64,000 nucleotides of DNA from Octopus sinensis (taxonomy: Eukaryota): contig NC_042998.1 in NCBI RefSeq assembly GCF_006345805.1, positions 176,514,001 through 176,578,000 on the forward strand, in the 5' to 3' direction. Positions 25,901 through 38,412 of the stretch are shown piece after piece (within the stretch, counting starts at the first letter, position 1; each line of letters begins with the position of its first letter). The position numbers were made by a program, and so were the translations under genes. The notes beneath the pieces are model-generated. The model was not told the origin of the DNA, did not search any database, and saw only the letters and a list, made by a program, of their open reading frames with translations.

Positions 25901-26300
25901 ACTAGCAGTATCGCCCGGCGTTGCTCGGGTTTGTAAGGGAAATAACTATATAAGCATTTTTAGAGTGTTATAGCCAAAAAATAGCAAAAAAATGCACTAA
26001 AAATGGGAAAAAAAATCATGGTAAATTTATTTTTAAATCGTTGACTCATCGTAGACATTTCTAGAGAGTTACTTCCCTTATATAATAGCGAAAAAATGCA
26101 TTAAAATGGAAAAAAATTATGGTAATTTTTTTTTTAATCGTAGACTCATCGTAGACGCGCGCTAATACCCAGAAGCGCTCGATATGAATCACGACTATAA
26201 GATACCCGGTTTTGGTTAAACTGCACCGCAAAATGTGGGAGTAGTTAGGAATCTAAATCGTAGGAGACAGACACACATCTTGACTTTTATATATAAAGAT
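25901..26300 (+). mobile_element. Non-autonomous Helitron-like repeat, copy 2
   Basis: ACTAGCAGTATCGCCCGGCGTTGCTCGGG start and TTTTATATATAAAGAT end; internal tandem subrepeats TCGTAGACTCATCGTAGAC. Confidence 0.72.
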
Positions 26301-27869
26301 TATATATATATATATATACATGAATTCATTATGGTGTTTTGGGAACAGTGGATTTGTAAATATTGGGTTGAAGCCCAATATTTACATGCTGTTGTTTATA
26401 GCTTTATGTGCTTCGAGATCCACTGTTTCAGAAAATATAATTGTTTCACTCTCTCTCGAAAGTTTTATGACTTATTATGACGTCAACAAAATATATACAT
26501 AACCTTTAATATATTTTCTTGGGACACAAGCTCATGTCACAGGAATGTAAACAACTGGTGTGATGTTATCGTCAGTTGAAAAAAGAAACGAGGAATTCAT
26601 TGCAAAATGTATTTCTTACTTAAACAGATAAAAGCTGTATAGAAATTAAAACCGGAAGGAAAGTAGCCGTAAGAGACGAATCTAACGAAAAGTGCGTGTG
26701 GTCTTTTCATATGTAAAAGACTTCAGAAAAAGAGTTCTATTAAGCGAAGTTTACATTAAAACATAATTTAAAATCCGTGTTATTTATTGAATTAATTTTT
26801 TATTCCTAACTTTAGTTATTAGAACTTGAATTTTTTTTTTAATATGAATTATATTTTCTTAAATGTAAATATATTAAAAATGTATGGAGTGTTAAAGTGA
26901 AATAGCTTCCAAATTTAAAGAAATATTTTAAAGAAAGAGAATTTTCTAGAAAGTAGAGACAAAGAAAGAAAACGAAAATTTCGACAAGATCCCCAAAACT
27001 TCTAAACGTTCATAGGATTATCCATTAAGAGACTTTTAATAATATGTCAGATCTGAGCTATTGTTAACCTGCGGGTACAATCCCATATACCTATTATACA
27101 ATTACAAGCTTCGGAATCAATAACCTCGTGAACAGTTGGAAGGTATTCGTTCCGATAGCTACTTTTGTTATATTTCTTATGTTCACTTTTTATAAGTCTC
27201 TTTATATGTATGTATGTGTGTGTGTGTGTGTGTGTGTTGTGTGTGTGTGTGTGTGTGTCTGTGTCTGTGTCTGTGTCTGTGTGTGTGTGTGAGTGTAAAT
27301 ATTGCCCTTGCACGCATCATATATTCTTAAGTATAAATTTACAATTTCATTTCTAAACATTTAAAATATTTATAATTCATATATTCTATCAAATACAAGT
27401 CATATTTTTCTCACCCATTCAATAATATATTCTATCTATGCTCATTTCATATCATTACCATTTTCTATTACCGACTCACTTTTTCTATAATTTTTCTATA
27501 TTCAGAAAATTCTCCACATCACTCTTTCTTCCCGCTGACCACTCTAATAATCCCTATATTTGTCAACTATTGATACCTAAAAGATTTCTTTCCCCATCTA
27601 ATATTCTAATATTTTAATAATTTTTGCGTGTCTGTCACATGCAGTTTTCCATGTTCTATTGACCAATATCGTCCTAAGATCGGAAACGATAAATTCGGAA
27701 AATTGATTTGTGAAGACTTATATCAATGAATACATAAAAAAAATAACCCAACGACAGTTATGGAAAATTTTTGTCTCATATTTGTTTACAATCTCGTATC
27801 TACATATATGTGATTGTATGTATGTATTCATTATGTATGCGTGTATGTATTTATATACCTTCATATATA

Positions 27870-28288
27870 TACATATGAAGAATGGCTGAAGACGCTCGAC
27901 TTTTATTCTCTAGAAAAACGACGACGCCGTGGTGATCTCATTCTTGCTCACAACATCATAAGCGGAAAGTGTAACCTCTCGAAAGAGCTGTTCTTCACTC
28001 CTGCTCCAGAGCGTCGGCTGCGGGGTCACTCCGAAAAGCTCTATCTGCGACGATTTCATCTCAATCGAAGGAGAGGGGCTTTCTCCGTCCGGGTTGCGGA
28101 TCCGTGGAATAAGCTGACGGACGAGATAGTGAAGATGCCGACGACCGCTTGTTCAAAGTCTCCCTTGACCACAAGTGACCTGAACTCTTTACATGAACAT
28201 AACACCATGTACATAACACCATGTGCCCCTACATGGCCTTGCTTTTTGCTTTTTGAGCCAAAAAATTAACTAACTAACTAACTAACAT
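27870..28288 (+). mobile_element. CR1-clade LINE 3' fragment with a (TAAC)n tail
   Basis: YEEWLKTLDFYSLEKRRRRGDLI...RGHSEKL...FSVRVADPWNKL is a typical CR1 C-terminus. Confidence 0.88.
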
Positions 28289-28297
28289 ATATGCATG

Positions 28298-28377
<80 letters not shown>

Positions 28378-28733
28378 GTGTTTATGTATATGGGAACACA
28401 AACCAACCAACGCCGGTTCATAGGCGGAAGTGGGAGGAAAAGCAGACACGATAACACACATAAATATATACATATATGTATATATACGTTGGGATTCTTT
28501 CAGTTTCCGTCTACTAAATCCACTCGCAAGGCTTTAGTCGTCGCGAGGCTATGGTGGAAGACATTTTCCCAACGTGCCACGCAGAAGGACTCAACCCGGA
28601 ATCATGCGGTTGAGAAGTAAGCGTGCTACCACACATTCACGCCTGCACCTCTACACACACACATACACACACACGTACACACACATACATACATACACTC
28701 ATACATACACACATACATACATACATACATACA

Positions 28734-28766
<33 letters not shown>

Positions 28767-28942
28767 GATTTTCTTTCTCCGTCTTCCCTTCCTTGGACCT
28801 TTCCTTTTTCTATGTTTCTGACGAAGAGCTACGCTCGAAACGTTAAATCCTCCTTCTTTCTTTCCTTTCCTGGGCGTCCAATAACACTATACTTGTTCCA
28901 CGTCCTTGCGTTGTTGTTTTCTCTTTGTTCATGTTTGGATTT

Positions 28943-28946
<4 letters not shown>
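28767..28946 (+). mobile_element. Short repeat carrying a minimal type-I HHR (28814-28848)
   Basis: GTTT-CTGACGA-A-GAGC TAC GCTC-GAAAC-GTT-AAAT; loop-less palindromic stem III as in Penelope-type minimal HHRs; second copy at 15160-15355 (-). Confidence 0.72.
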
Positions 28947-28984
<38 letters not shown>

Positions 28985-29007
28985 ATAATATATATATATA
29001 TATAATA

Positions 29008-29215
29008 TAAAAAGGAATTCCAACCTTGTCTGATTTTCACGTTTATTTACAATCTTATAATGATATAAGATATAATACAATATAATAAAATAAAAATAAA
29101 ATAATAGAATGTTAAATGTTCATTCTGATTGAACTAGTACTTTCATGCATTAAATTCTGCAATCTTCAGGTTCATGTAGTAGTGGTGACAGTCATGCTTC
29201 ACAATTTTTGACTGT
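29008..29215 (-). mobile_element. Short HHR-bearing repeat (HHR 29130-29174), copy 1
   Basis: TGAAC-CTGAAGA-TTGCA GAATTTAA TGCAT-GAAA-GTAC-TA-GTTCA; AATAAA downstream; second copy at 47972-48180. Confidence 0.75.
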
Positions 29216-29308
29216 ATATATATATATATACACATACACACATACATACATAATATATATATATATACATACATACACACATATACACATACATACATGC
29301 ATACACAC

Positions 29309-29442
<134 letters not shown>

Positions 29443-29636
29443 TGTATATATATATAACAGCCCATGATTTCGTGTCAAAGGTTGCTGCCTACATCTGTGA
29501 GCGACCCGGGCAAACCCTTGTGTCACGGTATACGGGACCGATGACCTACAGAGCTGCTCCTCCGCGTAATGATACGTCGGCTTTTGCGTTCAGTGACAGA
29601 GTACAGCAGCTAGTTCTCTCTCTATCTTTCTGTCTT

Positions 29637-29672
<36 letters not shown>

Positions 29673-29977
29673 TCTCTGCACACAAGTATACCTTAAAATA
29701 CTCTCGATTCTACTCTACCTGCGATCATAATGACGAAGAGAGCAATCTCAACGCGGCCGACCAATCTTAGAAAGCATTGAAATCTTCTTCAAATCACATC
29801 CTAGAATCTAAAAATTGCAAAAACCAAACATGTTGTAGTCTTAGATACGCTATGACTGAAAAATACATATGGAATGTATACCGAAGGAACAACTTGATCA
29901 CGGCTAATACGAACTAAATAACAACTGTATAATTATAGCCATCATAATCACCACCACTACGACTACCACCACCACCA

Positions 29978-30022
<45 letters not shown>

Positions 30023-30116
30023 TAACCGAATTTACTGACCTGACAAATATATACCTTGTCTCTCCCTTTTAATTTCCTTATTATTCTATCTCTCTCTTTC
30101 TCTTTCTCACTCTCTT

Positions 30117-30159
<43 letters not shown>

Positions 30160-30187
30160 CTCTTTGTTTTTGCTTCTTTGTTCTTTC

Positions 30188-30242
<55 letters not shown>

Positions 30243-30541
30243 TCCAATTCTCCTTCACATGCACTTCTACATTTCTCTTATTCGCCATTTTATTTCTTCT
30301 TATTCAAGTGTTTATTCCACATCTTTAATCCGAATTTTACTCTTTGAAGAAGAAGAAGAAGAAAAAAAAACAAATGTAAAAGTGGAGTAAAAAAGATTTA
30401 CTTCAACCATTTATTTTAAAATTTTCCATCCGTTGTTTATTTTTTTTATTCAACACTACATTCTATAATTTTTAAAATGCTATTCTGTGTGCGTTTATGA
30501 ATATATAAATATATATACAACATACACACACACACACACAC

Positions 30542-30617
<76 letters not shown>

Positions 30618-30892
30618 TATTTATATAATATGCGGAGGGGGATATTCGTGTTTTTGTGTGAGTGTATGTGTGTATATGTGTGTATATATGAATATACATA
30701 CATGCATACATGCGTATATGCGCTTGGTTGCTTGCAGTTGGTTATCTTTCTTTTTTATAGTCCGTCATTCTTTGCTTTTCGTTGCTGTCTTCCTTTTGTT
30801 CTCTTCTCTTTCTATCACTGATCTTTCTTTTCGGCTTTTTCCTCCCCACTCCCTCTTGAACATGTGTGTTATGTTATGTATATATATATGTG

Positions 30893-30957
<65 letters not shown>

Positions 30958-30967
30958 GTGTGTATAT

Positions 30968-31024
<57 letters not shown>

Positions 31025-31062
31025 TATATAATATATATATTATATATATATATATATATAGA

Positions 31063-31093
<31 letters not shown>

Positions 31094-31114
31094 GGAGGCG
31101 AGGGAGAGGGGGGG

Positions 31115-31162
<48 letters not shown>

Positions 31163-31181
31163 ACTAGATAGATAGATAGAT

Positions 31182-31230
<49 letters not shown>

Positions 31231-31367
31231 GAGTAGATAGATAGATAGATGATTGAAAGATAGATAGATTTATTCGCTTAGGTACACACATACATGACTA
31301 TGTATTTATATATTATACATGAAAAAATTGTATATATTTTACACACACGCGCACACACACACAACAC

Positions 31368-31399
<32 letters not shown>

Positions 31400-32092
31400 T
31401 ACACACACATGCTTCCACATACCCATTGAAATTTACTCACATACTTATTTTGCTCTCTACAGATATCTATCTTCCTTTTTCTCCTATTTCATGCTTCCAC
31501 GTAGTCTTACACTTCTTTTGTCCAAGTTCTCCTTTCTTACCTACAGGAGTAATTCTAGCATCAAATCCTCCTCCCACAATTCTCTTGTCTCTTCCTTCTA
31601 TCATTCCTGACATTCACAAGAAATTTTTATCTGCAAATCTAACTTTCCCAGTACAGATTATGGTGCATATCCTTTTTCTTTGATAACAATTCTTCAATCA
31701 TCCTAATCAGTGTGTATATTATCTGTCAGTGCCGTTTAATTACAGATATTCACAGGCTAGCTAGTGACTGCGAAGGGGGAGGAGAGAAAATATGACGGAA
31801 GGTGTGGCTGAGGAGGCAAGGGTTAATCAAGAGGAGGAGGAAGAGGGACTAGACGAGGTTAAAATAGAAAATGGGGGCAGAAAGATGGAGTTGTGTTGAG
31901 ATGAAGGGGGAAAAGATTCAGAGTGGGAGGCTAGGAAAGAGTTGGGGGGAAACGAAAAGAGAAGGGAAGACAAAGTCAGGTAGGGCGAGGAAGGAAGAAA
32001 CTAAAGAAGAGGGTGGAAGACGAATAGATCCTACTACTACTACTACTACTAGTATCATAGTAGTAGCAGTAGTAGTATTAATAGTAGTAGTG

Positions 32093-32161
<69 letters not shown>

Positions 32162-32253
32162 TGACGACGTCAACGAAACGACAACGACAATGACAGCAGC
32201 GAGACAACGACAAGGCTATATATATATATATATATTATATATTATATATATAT

Positions 32254-32288
<35 letters not shown>

Positions 32289-32410
32289 AGCTTCTATGCT
32301 GGAATGAAGGAAGCATGTTATTTGTCTATCTCCTTAACGTCTTGGAGATTTTAGGTATAATTATACTAATGTGTTCATCTATTTTAATTTAATTAACTTC
32401 TATGTCTTTG

Positions 32411-32497
32411 TGCAGCTGAGGATTGCCCTGCATTTTAAATTGATGTAATGATTGCATTGTTCAATTAAATGGAGTTGCATGAAACGATCGTACTGCA
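32411..32497 (+). ncRNA. Type-I hammerhead motif with a long (58-nt) stem II domain
   Basis: TGCAG-CTGAGGA-[TTGC...imperfect hairpin...GCAT]-GAAA-CGATCG-TA-CTGCA; palindromic stem III ACGATCGT. Confidence 0.7.
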
Positions 32498-32964
32498 TTA
32501 CCTCTGGATATCCTTGTTGCTTATTTTGATTTTAATCACCTTACTTTGAAATTGTATGGATAATACCGTACTAAATTATGGTGCCTCAACTTAAGTACCA
32601 TATTCTTCTGAATCGATATATATATATAGTACAAAGTAAGATAGGTGTTATGAATGTAACCCACTATGGGATATCAGTTATCCAATATACTGCTGGTAAA
32701 GCACCCAAATACTAAATACATAAATGCTTTTAATTGCAATGCAATTAATTCATTTATTGTATTAAATGGGTGAAGGTAAAAAATATTTTTACCGTAAATT
32801 TATAATACAAATAAGAAAATGGAGAAACAAATTCATTTCGTTCATCAACTTACGGATATTACAATTTCACATTATTTATTAATTATACAAATGGGAACAT
32901 CAAAATCGAACAAAACAATATACATCAATATGTAATATAATAATAAAAATAATATATATATATA

Positions 32965-33360
32965 TGTGTGGTAAGTAGCTTGCTAAACAACCACATGGTT
33001 CCGGGTTCAGTCCCACTGCGTGGCACCTTGGGCAAGTGTCTTCTACTATAGCCCCGGGCCGACCCAATGCCTTGGAGTGGATTTGGTAGACGGAAACTGA
33101 AAGAAGCCTGTCATATATATGTATATATATATGTATGTGTGTGTGTTTGTGTGTCTGTTTGTCCCCTAGCATTGCTTGACAACCGATGCTGGTGTGTTTA
33201 CGTCCCCGTCACTTAGCGGTTCGGCAAAAGAGACTGATAGAATAAGTACTGGGCTTACAAAAGAATAAGTCCCGGGGTCGATTTGCTCGACTAAAGGCGG
33301 TGCTCCAGCACGGCCGCAGTCAAATGACTGAAACAAGTAAGAGTAAAAGAGTAAAAGAGT
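32965..33360 (+). mobile_element. SINE family A, near full length
   Basis: Homology to 145-592 and 9458-9926; GTAAAAGA tail repeats. Confidence 0.88.
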
Positions 33361-33364
33361 AATA

Positions 33365-35215
33365 CAAATAAACTGCTCCTTAGAGCTGTTTCAGCCTATG
33401 GTCAAGAGTCAATAAAACTTATATTGCCTATAGATGTCAGTGTATTGGTTTATCCAGTATTATGGAGAGGAGGATGTCTAGTTCCTTTTTGAAGACATCT
33501 ACTTCCACCTTATGCAAATTTCTTAATGTTTGTGGCAGGACATTGAAGAGCTGTGGGCCTTTGAACCCTAGACCATTGCAGTACCTGGTCCTGAATTTAG
33601 ACAGAGTAGGTGGTACATTTGGTACAATACAATGGCGGCCAATTCAAGTATTTGTATAACACTCAATGCTAAAGTTAGGTACTAGCCCTTCTAGAATTTT
33701 CCATATGTATATTATTGCATATCTTTCCCGCCTTCGCTACAGGAAGTAAAGCTGTAGTTTTCTCTCAGCCTATCCCTGTAGCTCATCGGCTGCACTGTTT
33801 CAATCTTTTTAGTGGAGTGGCGTTGGACTGCTTCAAGCTCCGCTGTTAGTTTGACACTATGTGGTGACCATAACTGGGAGCAGTAGTCCAGGCGGCTGAG
33901 AACAAAGGTTCTCCACAGGGTCAATATATATTTCTTTACTACCCACAAGGGGCTAAACACAGAGGAGACAAACAAGGACAGACAAACGGATTAAGTCGAT
34001 TACATCGACCCCAGTGCGTAACTGGTACTTAATTTATCGACCCCGGAAGGATGAAAGGCAAAGTCGACCTCGGCGGAATTTGAACTCGGAACGTAACGGC
34101 AGACGAAATACGGCAAGGCATTTCACCCGGCGTGCTAACGATTCTGCCAGCTCGCCGCAATATAGTTTCTTGGTCTCTTGTCTTGAATGACCTCAGTATC
34201 CATCCTGCCAGTAGTTTGCACTTTGCTGCCATCTTGCTTATGTGCATGTGAAATAATGCATCATTGCACATACTGATCCCAAGTCTTTCATTGCCTGTGA
34301 CTCTGGGATTCTAGTGCCTTCGGGTCTTGTATATGTAGATTGTACTGTATTCGTGAGTTGATAGTGAAGTGCTTGAAATTTTCCAGCATTAAACTGCATG
34401 TTGTTTATTTCGGCCTGCTTTTATATTGAATTTAGGTCCCGCTGTAAGCTTGTGGTTTTTTATGGGGTTTTTTTTATTGCCTGTGATAATTTTGTAACAT
34501 CAACATAGCTAGTAACAGTGGCTGTCCGAGTGACAATGGTCATGTCTAAGAGAGTTAATATGAGCAGTAATAGCCCCAGATCAGTTCCCTGGGGGACACT
34601 ACTTAGGATTTAAGCTTCCTCAGAAAGCACACCATTGGCTGCAACTACCTGACTTCTGTTTTTAAGGAAGTCATGCAGCTACTCTCTCAGTTTACCAGCA
34701 ATGCCAAGGTCTTGTAGCTTATGACTTACCATGCCATGATCTACCTTATCAAGCTATATCACACTGACATCTGAATGGTCAAGCAGCTGTTTCGAAACCC
34801 AGTCATAGTGCTGTAGGAGCTGTGTGAAGTAGCTTCTTCCTGAGTATTGTTCAGTAGGTCATTTTCTTCCAGGAACATTATCAACTACTTTCTGATGATT
34901 CACTCCATGACTTTACTGATAAGTGAAGTCAGAGAGATTGGCCTGTAGTTTTTGGCCTCTGCTCTACTTTTACTTCTGTGGATATGGCATATAATGCCTA
35001 CTTTCAGCCTTTTAGGAAGTATACCACTTGAAAGGAAACTTTGGAAAAGTATCTGAAGTGGTTTCACTAAAGCCTACTTACATGGCTTTAGGAGAGTAGC
35101 TGGGAAGCCATCAGGATCAATGGTGGAGCATAAGCTCATTTCATCTACGGTTGCTGTTACATCTGTTTCCTCAATGTTGATGTAATCAATGACTGGCGCC
35201 TCATTTTTTTAGGGG
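33365..35215 (-). mobile_element. Decayed CR1-clade LINE (RT region) interrupted by a SINE
   Basis: Minus translation KLLAGWILRSFKTRDQET|ILTLWRTFVLSRLDYCSQLWSP...LEAVQRHSTKKI; upstream SVPQGTDLG-like and LDKVDH-like RT motifs. Confidence 0.8.
33929..34157 (-). mobile_element. Full-length SINE family B with a 7-bp TSD (CAATATA), nested in CR1
   Basis: CAATATA at 33922-33928 and 34158-34164; head GGCGAGCTGGCAGAATCGTTAGCAC and B-box-like GAGTTCAAATTCC. Confidence 0.88.
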
Positions 35216-35346
35216 ATTCAGCCGAATTTTTAACTGCATGTGTCCAAAAGAGAAAGTGAAGAGACTTTTAATTTATTCTCTGAGTATCTCACTTATCCTT
35301 CCTGGGTCCGCCGTCACTGAGTCATACCCTAGGAATATATATATGT

Positions 35347-35418
<72 letters not shown>

Positions 35419-35477
35419 TCCCTTGGCAGATACATATATATATATATATATATATACATACATATATTATTTTTAAA

Positions 35478-35856
35478 CTTGTTTCAGTCATTTGACTGTG
35501 GCCATGCTGCAGAACCGCCTTTAGTCGAGGAAGTCGACCCCAGGACTTATTCTTTGTAAGCCTAGTACTTATTCTATCGGTCTCTTTTGCCGAACCGCTA
35601 GGTTACGGGAACGTAAACACTCCAGCATCGGTTGTCAAGCGATGTTAAGGGGACAAACACAGATACACAAACATATACACATGCATATATACATATATAT
35701 ACATATATACGACGGGCTTCTTTCAGTTTTCGTCTACCATATCCACTCATAAGGCTTTGGTGGCCCGAGGCTATAGTAGAAGACACTTTCCCAAGGTGCC
35801 ACGTAGTGGGACTGAACCCAGAACCAAGCTACTTACCACACAGCCACTCCTGCGCC
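35478..35856 (-). mobile_element. SINE family A
   Basis: Homology to 9458-9926. Confidence 0.85.
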
Positions 35857-35897
35857 TTATATATGTATATATATATATATAAGCAATAATAAGAGAG

Positions 35898-36258
35898 AGG
35901 TAAACAGTAGCAGCATGACATCGTGAAGTATGTTTGCCACCTAAAAGTGGCTGACCCATATGGGACGATGCTACTGTAGTTTGTAGCCCCAGGAAGACAT
36001 CTCCAGCTGTCAAACGATCAGTATTTCGTGCGTATCATGTAAGGCTAGAGATGGGAACGATGATTTCCCTTCGCAAATACTGATCGTTTGACAGCTGAAG
36101 ATGTCTTCCTAGGGCTCTAAACTACAGTAGCATTGTCCCATATGGGTCAGCCACATATGACCCATATATATATATACATACATAAATGTGGCCGACCCAA
36201 ATCGGTCGATGCTACTGTAGTTTATAGTCCGTGCGTATCATGTAAGGCTAGAGATGGG
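35898..36258. mobile_element. Rearranged relative of the 23632-24011 family with 80-bp inverted arms (Penelope-type inverted terminus)
   Basis: Arms 35947-36026 and 36075-36154 (about 5 mismatches); shares GATGCTACT(A/G)TAGTTTGTAGCCCCAGGAAGA and AAATACTG blocks with 23632-24011. Confidence 0.75.
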
Positions 36259-36260
36259 AT

Positions 36261-36303
<43 letters not shown>

Positions 36304-36381
36304 ATAATATATATACATTACATACATATATACACACATATATACATACATACTATACATATATATATATATTATATATCA

Positions 36382-36418
<37 letters not shown>

Positions 36419-36577
36419 GCACATATATCTATATATATACATATAAATGCAGATATCTGTATGCACACATATGTATGTCTGTGTATATATGTGTGTATAT
36501 ATTCTTATGTATGTATAGGTGTGGGCATCTGTGTATATTTGTATGTGTATCTGTATGTGTATCTGTATGTATACGTA

Positions 36578-36654
<77 letters not shown>

Positions 36655-36944
36655 ATATATAAGATATTATATATATTATTTAATTTGTACACATGTTTAT
36701 TACATAATCGATAAATAAATAAAGTAAAGAATGTATCAATAAATCTCCCTAAATCTATGTGACAGCATTACTTAACGTAATTACATTGAAACCAAATTAT
36801 TTATTATTATACTGAACGATTTATGAGTTTTTTTTATTCTAACTGAATTTTTTATTGCTTGAGGCAAAATATGGTTTTGTTTTTATACTGAATAGTTTGT
36901 AAGTTTCTGTGTATTGTGACTAAAGATTTGCTATTTTAAATAGT

Positions 36945-37337
36945 ACAAGCAGTATCGCCCGGCGTTGCTCGGGTTTGTAAAGGAAATAACTATACAGCAT
37001 TTTTAGAGCGTTAGAGCCAAAAAATAGCAAAAAAATGCATTAAAAATGGAAAAAATATGATGGTAAATTTTTTTTTTAATCGTTGACTCATCGTAGACAT
37101 TTTTAGAGAGTTACTTCTCTTTAAAAAATATGCATGAAATGGAAAAAAATGATGGTAATTATTTTTAAAATCGTAGACTGATCGTAGACGCGCGCTAATA
37201 CCCAGAAGGGCTCGATATGAATCACGACTATAAGATACCCGGTTTTGGTTAAACTGCACCGCAAAATGTGGGAGTAGTTAGGAATCTAAATCGAAGGGGA
37301 CAGACACTCACACAACTACAGTTTTATATATATAGAT
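36945..37337 (+). mobile_element. Non-autonomous Helitron-like repeat, copy 3
   Basis: Same termini as 25901-26300 and 15375-15889. Confidence 0.72.
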
Positions 37338-38090
37338 ATTAATGTGAATATTTAGTGGGTTAATTCATATTTCGTATTAAGTATCAATGAAAATATTTGT
37401 ATTGACTGTAAAATATATCATTATATTCGTAGTTAGATTTAGATAATATATTTTAAGTACGTTATTCGCATTATAGTAAATGATTATGCATTTATAAATA
37501 TATAAATTGAACTTATTAATTAATGATAGTAGTAATAATGAATGAATAATTTTATTTAATGTCATATTGTGAACAAAAACTTTTATTTTGTAAGTACGTA
37601 TTCCCGGCTATTTTTCTGTGGGTAATTAATTATAAATATATAAGCTTTGATTTACAGGGATAGATTTTCATCTCATAAACTAAGTAATTTAGTATTTTGT
37701 ACCAGGAAAAATGTTTATATAATTATGAATAAATAAATTAGAACAATTATCATATATAATTATATCTTTTTACATAATCATACATATATGTATTCATTGT
37801 GGTACCTTTTTCGTTTAATATATTTTATCATACGGTGTAATTTCGAGCTTGTATACATATAATAATTTGTAGCATAATGTAACTATTGCATTATTCTAAT
37901 TTCCTTCCTTCTGAAAAATTTAGTAAAATTATGATATATATTTTTTATTTATTTTTTATTTTCTCTTTATCTAAGAAATAATATAGTTTATAATTATCGT
38001 AGCTCTATGAATTTGCTTATTTTATTTACGAAGTTTTTTCCTCTGATAAACTAAATGAATTGGGACATTTTAAAATTTTCTTACTTAATT

Positions 38091-38412
38091 ATTCTGTTGT
38101 GTCTGGGGAGAGTCATTTTCTTTTTGTGCCTTATGATTTAACACACTCACCGATAAAATTTCCACTAATTTTTTTTTTTTCTCCTAAAATTTTCGTTGCG
38201 TCTTGCAACCTTTTCAATAGCCTTTCAAGAGTCAAGACTATTGAAAAAGTTGGAAGACGCAACGAAAATTTTAGGAGAATAAAAATAAAAAGTGGAAATT
38301 TTACCGGTGAGCGTGTTAAATCATAAGGCACAAGAAGAAAATGCCTCTCCCCAGACACAACAGAATATGCTTCAACACACGAACTCATATAAAGAATCTT
38401 GCAAACCAAATC
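38091..38412. mobile_element. Foldback element whose arms each carry a U3-A8 variant hammerhead-like motif
   Basis: Arms about 38091-38220 and 38238-38368; CTA-TTGAAAA-(G/A)-GTTG(C/G) AAGAC GCAAC-GAAA-ATTT-TAG on both strands; second locus at 60655-60893. Confidence 0.65.

Noticed and set aside
27050-27150. Minus-strand EYLPTVHEV...GIWDC resembling a small GTPase switch region
   Set aside because: Spacing is wrong, there is no polypyrimidine acceptor and no flanking G-box exons; likely chance.
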